Part shown: one piece after another, positions 63,372 to 64,000 of the stretch
How the letters are laid out: the number at the start of each line of letters is the position of its first letter
How positions within the stretch are numbered: position 1 is the stretch's first letter
Origin: Acutalibacteraceae bacterium
GTDB lineage: Bacteria; Bacillota; Clostridia; Oscillospirales; Acutalibacteraceae
Direction: 5' to 3'
Assembly: GCA_045593245.1 (NCBI GenBank)
Contig: JAZNWJ010000043.1
Span: 36,254-100,253, forward strand
DNA length: 64,000 nt
The notes under the pieces: generated by a model
The model's database searches: none
Told to the model about the DNA's origin: nothing
Seen by the model: only the letters and a program-made list of their open reading frames with translations
Made by a program: the position numbers and the translations under genes

Positions 63372-64000
63372 TCTTACGCAGCCTCCTTTCAAGACGTCCT
63401 ACAAGCCAGGTGAGTACCATAACTACCACGAGGTAAATTGCCGCAACCGTAAGGAGTGGTAAGAAATAAGAATATGTACGACCTGCGATTGAGTTACCTG
63501 CCTTTGTAAGGTCCATAACACCAACGTAACCTGCAACAGAGGTTTCTTTAAGAAGTGCGATAAACTCGTTACAAAGGGTAGGGAGTACGGCTTTGAACAT
63601 CTGGGGAATAACTATGTGAATCATTGTCTGAACATAGTTAAAACCAAGACTACGGCCTGCCTCGAACTGACCGTTATCTACCGCCATAATACCGCCACGG
63701 AAAATTTCGGCAACGTATGCGCCTGAATTTATACCAAAGGCGAATATTGCAACGGGTACGCCATCTCGTGCGGATACAAATATGAGGAAATATGATATCA
63801 TAAGCTGTACAACAACAGGGGTGCCACGGATAACTGTGAGGTATACTTTACATATAGCGTTCAATAACTTGAGTATAGCAAATCCAAAACCGTGACGTGT
63901 GCCGCTTTTGTCGTATGAAGAGCGTATAGCTGCAACCACGATACCAATAACTACACCAATTACCAAAGCACCTGCGGTGATTTTAAGCGTGTTGACTATA
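63361..64000 (-). CDS. Polar amino acid ABC transporter permease (His/Glu/Gln/Arg/opine family), 5' end beyond the window
   Basis: It has the EAA-type loop [22 protein letters not shown] and the family motif [10 protein letters not shown]. The reading frame stays open to the window edge. Confidence 0.85.
   Translation of the reverse strand, partial: IVNTLKITAGALVIGVVIGIVVAAIRSSYDKSGTRHGFGFAILKLLNAICKVYLTVIRGTPVVVQLMISYFLIFVSARDGVPVAIFAFGINSGAYVAEIFRGGIMAVDNGQFEAGRSLGFNYVQTMIHIVIPQMFKAVLPTLCNEFIALLKETSVAGYVGVMDLTKAGNSIAGRTYSYFLPLLTVAAIYLVVVMVLTWLVGRLERRLRKSDH

Overview
This is a low-GC Firmicutes/Clostridia chromosome segment. Sporulation genes (abrB-like, ypeB) and two type-I dockerin proteins suggest a Ruminococcus/Oscillospiraceae-like, cellulosome- or amylosome-bearing organism. 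That taxonomy is an inference from gene content, not a search result. Most of the window is housekeeping: pduL 3' end, hemW, ung, addBA, prfA-tsaC-coaE, a long minus-strand operon (maf, M16 peptidase pair, lgt, folD), nrdR-gltX-glnS-nif3, ileS with an Ile T-box leader, rpe, a phosphohexomutase, and an amino-acid ABC transporter. There are two tRNAs (CAT anticodon, and Trp-CCA). I found no rRNA, CRISPR array, transposase, integrase or reverse transcriptase.

Accessory content:
- a GH2 beta-mannosidase
- two tandem GH16 lipoprotein paralogs
- a secreted barnase-like RNase lipoprotein with no visible inhibitor gene
- a transglutaminase-like dockerin protein
- a 1767-aa four-module beta-helix/LRR/dockerin surface protein
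- an apparently AT-rich 2-kb islet of small genes bounded by inverted repeats

The most unusual signal is non-coding. It is a family of mosaic stacked-hairpin repeats: short variable hairpins separated by a conserved AGTGATATT / AATATCACT 9-mer, arranged in mirror orientation around a 28-nt core. The two large copies are 48914-49133 and 57917-58043. They share the identical core in opposite orientation and show compensatory stem changes. Related fragments lie at 47167-47203, 1885-1934 and 35192-35212.

Other second-look items are a duplicated tRNA-Trp 3' end with a perfect 19-bp hairpin between the copies, an NrdR box filling the nrdR promoter spacer, an RRNPP-like HTH-TPR regulator divergent from a stand-alone C39-like peptidase domain, and an odd GW->ER change in the conserved GWDTHGLP motif of IleRS.

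All protein calls come from motif recognition by eye. No database search or alignment was run.
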